From Campylobacterota bacterium (GTDB taxonomy: Bacteria > Campylobacterota > Campylobacteria > Campylobacterales > Arcobacteraceae): a DNA stretch of 57,317 nucleotides. Shown in pieces: positions 52,207 through 57,317 of the stretch; positions within the stretch are counted from its first letter, which is position 1; every line of letters starts with the position of its first letter. The notes beneath the pieces were generated by a model that was not told the DNA's origin, did not search any database, and saw nothing but the letters and a program-made list of their open reading frames with translations. The stretch lies in contig JBNJFB010000011.1 of the NCBI GenBank assembly GCA_051746405.1, positions 1 to 57,317 on the forward strand, written 5' to 3'. Made by a program: the position numbers and the translations under genes.

Positions 52207-53028
52207 CTAGTCAAATTTCATAGAAAAATCCAACCAAGTAGCTTGATGAATAATACTTCCACTACTAACAGCATCAACTCCTGTTTTTGCATAATCACTT
52301 ATAGTATCAAGACTTATATTTCCGCTTGCTTCAAGAAGTATATGGGCAAAGTTTTCATTTCTATACTTTACAACCTCTCTTATCTGTTTTGGTGTCATAT
52401 TATCACACATAATAATATCTGCACCTGCTTTCATAGCATCTTTAACTTGCTCAAAAGTCTCACACTCAATTTCGATTTTTGTAACCCATGAGATTCTTTT
52501 TCTTGCTGCTTTTATAAATCCACTTAAATCTTTAATAGTTCTTAGGTGAGTATCTTTTAACATCAAACAGTCATCAAGCCCTAATCTATGGTTTATAGCT
52601 CCACCTACTCTACTTGCATACTTTTCAAAACCTCTAAGCTGTGGTCTTGTCTTTCTTGTATCAAGTAAAGCAACTCCCGAGCCCTCAATTAGCTTGGCAT
52701 ACTCATTTGCCATTGTAGCAATACCGCTTGCATGTTGAAGCATATTTAAAAAAGTTCGTTCAGATGATAATAAAACAGATGCTTTACCCTCAAGTTCAGC
52801 TAATACATCACCTTTTTTTATAACATCCCCATCTTTTTTTAGAAATTTACAATCAAACTTTTCAGTTCTAGCTAGTACCTTTGCATATTTTACACCTGCC
52901 ATTATTCCATCTGATTTACAAACAGCTTTTGCTGTAAATCTACCCTTTGGTGCCACATCAAAAAACAGATCCCCTCTACCATTATCTTCAATAATCGCGT
53001 TTTTTACAAACTTTTTTATATTTATCAT
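52207..53028 (-). CDS. nadC: Quinolinate phosphoribosyltransferase
   Basis: DTRKT, HRLGLDD, KDTH, EASG. Confidence 0.96.
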   Translation of the reverse strand: MINIKKFVKNAIIEDNGRGDLFFDVAPKGRFTAKAVCKSDGIMAGVKYAKVLARTEKFDCKFLKKDGDVIKKGDVLAELEGKASVLLSSERTFLNMLQHASGIATMANEYAKLIEGSGVALLDTRKTRPQLRGFEKYASRVGGAINHRLGLDDCLMLKDTHLRTIKDLSGFIKAARKRISWVTKIEIECETFEQVKDAMKAGADIIMCDNMTPKQIREVVKYRNENFAHILLEASGNISLDTISDYAKTGVDAVSSGSIIHQATWLDFSMKFD

Positions 53029-54014
53029 ACTTCAAACATCCTTTCAAGTGCTACTTTTGCATATTTTATTGTATCTTCATCCACAAATATCTCATTCTCT
53101 TTTGATATATTATCTTCCTTGATAGATTTTAAAGTATTATAAACATCTTCCAAAGTTGTTTCATTCATAGTGGGGCACTCAGGCTTTGTTGAGCTTAATA
53201 TATATGTATTTTTCTCTCTTAATCTATTTACCATATTAAACTCAGTTCCCACTACTACTTTTTGCTCTAATGGTAGCTCTTTTATATATTTTATTAATTG
53301 TGAAGTTGAACCTACAAAATCAGCTTCATCACAAATACTTGGGTCACACTCAGGGTGAACAGCTACTAAAATATCAGGATACTTTTCCCTGTAAAACTCA
53401 ATATCATCCACACTAAACTGCTGATGAACTGAACAAAAACCGTTATAACAAATAATATCAGCTTGGTTTAAATCACTTCCATCACCCACAACAGCAGATT
53501 TAAGTCCTAATGTTTTTGCAAAATTTTGCCCCAAACATCTATCAGGTACAAAGAAAATCTTTTTCCCTGATTCTAAACCCTTTTGAATAATCTTATAAGC
53601 ATTTGATGATGTACATACCATTCCACCCATTTGACCAACTCTAGCTTTTACTCTTGCACTTGAGTTTATATATGTTATTGGTAAGATATCCTCATTTGAA
53701 ATACCCGCATCATTTATCTGTTTTAAATTAGTTTCAAAATATCCCTCATCAATCATTCTAGCCATTGCACAGCATGCAACTTTTGGCATTAATACTCTTT
53801 TTGTAGAATCAAGGACTTTAACACTCTCGCCCATAAATCCAACCCCACAAAAAACTATAAATTTTGAATCAGACTGTATAGCTTTTTTTGCAAGTTCTAA
53901 AGAGTCACCTGTGATATCAGCAAGCTGGAAAACTTCATCCCTTTGATAAAAGTGAGCTACTAAAGTCACATCTAACTGCTCTTTTAGTTTTAAAATTTCT
54001 TCTTTTAAATTCAA
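53025..54014 (-). CDS. nadA: Quinolinate synthase
   Basis: AHFYQ, GDSL, FCGVGFM, YINSS, HPEC. Confidence 0.96.
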   Translation of the reverse strand: MNLKEEILKLKEQLDVTLVAHFYQRDEVFQLADITGDSLELAKKAIQSDSKFIVFCGVGFMGESVKVLDSTKRVLMPKVACCAMARMIDEGYFETNLKQINDAGISNEDILPITYINSSARVKARVGQMGGMVCTSSNAYKIIQKGLESGKKIFFVPDRCLGQNFAKTLGLKSAVVGDGSDLNQADIICYNGFCSVHQQFSVDDIEFYREKYPDILVAVHPECDPSICDEADFVGSTSQLIKYIKELPLEQKVVVGTEFNMVNRLREKNTYILSSTKPECPTMNETTLEDVYNTLKSIKEDNISKENEIFVDEDTIKYAKVALERMFEV

Positions 54015-54124
54015 AATAAACCTTCGATAAATCTTATTTTAGATGATAATATAGCAAAATATTAGTTACAAACCTTTTAAGTGACTTTTGGTATAATATC
54101 AAAATATTAAAAACAAGGTAATAA

Positions 54125-54748
54125 ATGGATTTTTTTACAAACCCTAACATACTATTTTATTTAGCTGCTTATTTGATAGGTTCTATTCCTTTTGGACTTA
54201 TTTTAGCTAAAACCTTTGCAAATGTAGATATAAAATCACAAGGTAGTAAATCAATAGGTGCAACAAATGTATTAAGAGTAGTTAAACAAACAAACCCAGC
54301 CTTAGCTAAAAAGCTAGGTATTGCAACAATACTTTTAGATGCCCTAAAAGGTATGGTAGTTATTCTTGTAGCTATGAGTATGGATATGAGTCAATCAACC
54401 CTATGGGCAATAGCAATACTTGCAGTTTTAGGACACTGCTACTCTATATATCTAAGTTTAGAGGGTGGAAAAGGTGTAGCCACAGCACTTGGAGTATATC
54501 TAGTGCTTGTACCTTATGCTACAGTTATAGGTGCAATTGTGTGGTTTTTAAGTGCAAAACTACTAAAAGTATCCTCAATATCATCACTACTTGGTCTTAT
54601 AGCACTTGTAGTTAGTGCAGGATTTATAAAAAACGGCTTAGATGTAGGCTCAAACGTTCCTATGTACATCATCGCTTTTATTATTATATATAAGCACATA
54701 CCAAATATCATAAGATTTATCAAAGGAGAAGAGGGAAAGATTATTTAA
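54125..54748 (+). CDS. plsY: Glycerol-3-phosphate acyltransferase
   Basis: YLIGSIP, GATNVLR, GGKGVAT, HIPNI. Confidence 0.95.
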   Translation: MDFFTNPNILFYLAAYLIGSIPFGLILAKTFANVDIKSQGSKSIGATNVLRVVKQTNPALAKKLGIATILLDALKGMVVILVAMSMDMSQSTLWAIAILAVLGHCYSIYLSLEGGKGVATALGVYLVLVPYATVIGAIVWFLSAKLLKVSSISSLLGLIALVVSAGFIKNGLDVGSNVPMYIIAFIIIYKHIPNIIRFIKGEEGKII

Positions 54749-54767
54749 TCTCTCCTTCTTTTTAATA

Positions 54768-55094
54768 ATGAAAAAAAAGCTTACAATCAATATAAATAGA
54801 CTAAAATTTAAATGTATTATAGGCATATTGGATTTTGAAAGAGTTAAAAAACAAAAAGTTATAATAAACCTAAGTTTTGACTATGAATATACAAAAGATT
54901 ACTTTATAGATTATAGCAAGATATCAAAGCTTGTAAAAAAAGAGCTAAAAAATAAAAAGTTTAAGCTAATAGAGGATGCTATAATACATATAGAAACAAA
55001 GCTATACAAAAAATACAAGATAGAAAACCTACATCTAAATATATCCAAACCTGATATTTTAAAAGATTGCATAGTATCAGTTGGTAATAAATAA
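54768..55094 (+). CDS. folB: Dihydroneopterin aldolase
   Basis: IIGILDFER, DY, LIE, KP; follows plsY. Confidence 0.85.
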   Translation: MKKKLTININRLKFKCIIGILDFERVKKQKVIINLSFDYEYTKDYFIDYSKISKLVKKELKNKKFKLIEDAIIHIETKLYKKYKIENLHLNISKPDILKDCIVSVGNK

Positions 55095-55206
55095 TGCTAT
55101 GCAAGAAGCTCTCAATGGGCGACAAATAAAAATACCTAATAATGAATATTTTAACCTTTAGGCTTAAAATGTTACAATTACTTCAAAATGTTCAAAAGGA
55201 TTTTTA

Positions 55207-56085
55207 ATGAGATTTGCAGACCCTACAAATGATTTGGCTTTTAAAAAGATTTTTGGAAATGATAAACATAAAAATATCTTAATCTCTTTTTTAAACTCAG
55301 TACTTGATTTTAAAAATGAATTTGAAATCGTAAATGTTTCTTTGGCAAATCCTTATCAAGTTCCAAAGATACCTGAACTAAAAGAAACAATATTAGACAT
55401 CAAAGCAACAAATAAAAATGGTGATACCTTTTTAGTCGAAATGCAAAAAAAGGATTTGGGTGATTTTACTAAAAGAAGTTTGTACTATACATCAAAAGCT
55501 TATATAGAACAGCTTCCAAAAGGAAACAACTATACACAACTTAAAAAAGTCTATTTTATAGGAATTTTAAACTTCAATATATTTGAGAATAAAAACTATA
55601 TTTCACGACATCTTATTATAAATACAGAAACACAAACACAAGATTTAGAAGATTTTGAGTTTAGCTTTATAGAGCTTCCTAAGTTTACAAAGGAACTTGA
55701 AGGGCTTGATAGTGTATTGGACAAATGGATTTACTTTTTAAAAAATGCTTCAAACTTAAATGTAATCCCTATGCAATATGAAACAATTATAGAGTTTAAA
55801 GAAGCATTTGAAATCGCTACTCAAACCATGTGGAATAAAAAAGAGATGGAAGTATATGACTATATAACTCTTAAGGAGTTTGATGAACTCAATGCTCTCA
55901 AAACTGCTGAAAGAAAAGGATTGGAAAAAGGAATGGAAAAAGGAATGGAAAAAGGAATGGAAAAAGGAATGGAAAAAGAAAAAATAAATATAGCCCAAAA
56001 CTGTATCGCAAAAGGTATAGATGACGATACTATAGTATCACTTACAGGACTTAAAAAAACAATGATTCAAAAGTTAAGAAAATAG
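55207..56085 (+). CDS. Rpn-family recombination-promoting nuclease/putative transposase (PD-(D/E)XK)
   Basis: DLAFKKIFG, LDI...VEMQ, FIELPKF, WIYFL, GxEK repeats and IA...TGL C-terminus. Confidence 0.92.
   Translation: MRFADPTNDLAFKKIFGNDKHKNILISFLNSVLDFKNEFEIVNVSLANPYQVPKIPELKETILDIKATNKNGDTFLVEMQKKDLGDFTKRSLYYTSKAYIEQLPKGNNYTQLKKVYFIGILNFNIFENKNYISRHLIINTETQTQDLEDFEFSFIELPKFTKELEGLDSVLDKWIYFLKNASNLNVIPMQYETIIEFKEAFEIATQTMWNKKEMEVYDYITLKEFDELNALKTAERKGLEKGMEKGMEKGMEKGMEKEKINIAQNCIAKGIDDDTIVSLTGLKKTMIQKLRK
55918..55977 (+). repeat. 5 x 12-bp tandem repeat encoding G(L/M)EK
   Basis: GGATTGGAAAAA followed by four perfect GGAATGGAAAAA. Confidence 0.95.
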
Positions 56086-56122
56086 TTCCAAAAAGGTGGG
56101 GTTAAAACTTCACTCCCACATC

Positions 56123-57317
56123 TTAATACCTCTCCCACTTTATACTGCTTATATTTTTCTCATTGCTATCAAACTCAATTCCTACAAGATATATATCTTT
56201 TTTCTCACCTAAATACTTCTCATGGTATTTTCTATTTTTTATTTGAGTTAGTGCTTCATCCTCTTTTCCATCTACCTTAAACTCTAAGATATATATAACA
56301 TCTTGCATTTTAATAGTTAAATCAATTCTACCTTTATTTGTAACATCTTCACCTATGATATCTAATCCTAAGCTTTGCAGATATACATATAGTACACTTG
56401 CGTAAAAGCCTTCATATATTTGTATATCATTTTTTGTAAAATTTTGGTATGGTATTGATGCAAATATTGATACTAATGAATTTTTTAATGACTCTATATC
56501 TTTTTGAAGTAAGCTTTTATAGATATTTGTTTTTGATTGCATAATATTTTCACTACTTTTATATACCTCTTTTATAATAACATCATTAAAAGACTGTTTT
56601 ACTTCCATATTTGGTATTTTTAGGTGATATTCATACGCTTCAAAAATATTTACCTCTACTTTATCAATAGTCAAATACCCAGCTTGATAAAGTACCACTT
56701 CTAAGTCTAAGTTTTCGATATCAAAGCTATTTAGTAGTTGTTCTCCTACAACTAGATTTGAAAGATTTGGTAAAAAATAGTTTTGTTCTTTTATTAAGTC
56801 CATTAAAAATGTTGGTGTTCCACTTTCAAACCAGTAGTTTGCAAACTGTTTATTATTTCTTATAAACTTTAGTATATCAAAGGGATTATACATATCACTA
56901 CCTAAGAAATTATATCCGTTATACCATCTTTTTAGTTTAACCATATCCACATCTTCTAAATATGGTTCAAAGGTTGTTTCCACATCATTTTGAGTATATC
57001 CGCATATATCTGCTAAATCTGGATGCATAGATATATCTTCCATATTATTTAATCCACTAAAAATAGAAGTTTTTGTAAACTTACTAACTCCTGTTAAAAA
57101 TGCAAACCTTAGAAACTCATCTGAGCCTTTTATAACACTATAAAAGTTTACTAGTCCATCTCTTATCTCTTTTGCTACTTGGGTATTTGTGATATTATCT
57201 AAGATTGGTTTATCATACTCATCTATTAGTACTACTACTTTTTGGTTATACTTCTCATTTGCTTTTAGTATAAGTTCTCTAAAGCATCCTGCTACACTAT
57301 TTATTGATTCACACTCA
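56123..57317 (-). CDS. AAA-ATPase-like + PD-(D/E)XK nuclease protein (PF09820/PF08011 type); 5' end beyond the window
   Basis: The frame stays open upstream of 57043 to the edge: VVVLIDEYDKP (Walker B), TGVSKF...FSGLNN, WYNGY, YWFESGTP, GRIDL...ILEFK. Confidence 0.9.
   Translation of the reverse strand, partial: ECESINSVAGCFRELILKANEKYNQKVVVLIDEYDKPILDNITNTQVAKEIRDGLVNFYSVIKGSDEFLRFAFLTGVSKFTKTSIFSGLNNMEDISMHPDLADICGYTQNDVETTFEPYLEDVDMVKLKRWYNGYNFLGSDMYNPFDILKFIRNNKQFANYWFESGTPTFLMDLIKEQNYFLPNLSNLVVGEQLLNSFDIENLDLEVVLYQAGYLTIDKVEVNIFEAYEYHLKIPNMEVKQSFNDVIIKEVYKSSENIMQSKTNIYKSLLQKDIESLKNSLVSIFASIPYQNFTKNDIQIYEGFYASVLYVYLQSLGLDIIGEDVTNKGRIDLTIKMQDVIYILEFKVDGKEDEALTQIKNRKYHEKYLGEKKDIYLVGIEFDSNEKNISSIKWERY

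Noticed and set aside
55099..55161. 20-codon ORF MQEALNGRQIKIPNNEYFNL resembling the LKIPNMEV motif of the AAA-nuclease
   Set aside because: The match is too short to support a gene relic, and there is no RBS
55918..55977. Tandem repeat as a CRISPR array, or rpn as an IS element
   Set aside because: No spacers (contiguous in-frame 12-mers); no terminal inverted repeats or target duplications seen around rpn
1909..55998. Antisense or overlapping shadow ORFs in the track (e.g. 1909-2334, 34308-34814, 39601-40212, 44546-44848, 45699-46079, 55756-55998)
   Set aside because: All lie wholly or largely within well-recognised genes, show antisense-typical S/F/L/I composition and have no recognisable motifs

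Overview
Low-GC, gene-dense chromosomal segment of a Campylobacterota bacterium, most likely Arcobacteraceae. This placement is inferred from gene order (M23-lpxC-tsaB-like-thrB-DUF448-infB-rbfA-rimP; pheST-aroA-ispH-rpsA-serA), a stand-alone atpB, petABC with a dihaem PetC, and short-form HisG. About 50 kb (5.3-55.1 kb) is intact housekeeping DNA: translation, fatty acid, queuosine, NAD, riboflavin and amino acid biosynthesis, and the bc1 complex. The interesting DNA is mostly at the two ends. Left end (1-3.9 kb): a candidate Crp/Fnr (NssR-like) nitrosative-stress module. A perfect TTGAT-N4-ATCAA box sits at -41.5 of two divergent promoters, and the same 43-bp promoter is exactly duplicated in front of an uncharacterised 85-aa gene. 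The region also holds a deleted/frameshifted HPP transporter gene and an apparently inserted Nramp + Fe-SOD cassette followed by a relic of the FmdE-like gene. Right end (55.2-57.3 kb): a convergent Rpn-family nuclease and an AAA-ATPase/PD-(D/E)XK nuclease, a possible defence locus edge. Also notable: an Fnr-like box at -41.5 of petABC, and a haem-c-sensor diguanylate cyclase that appears to start at ATT. No rRNA, tRNA, CRISPR array or IS element was seen. All calls come from motif recognition by eye; no database searches were run.
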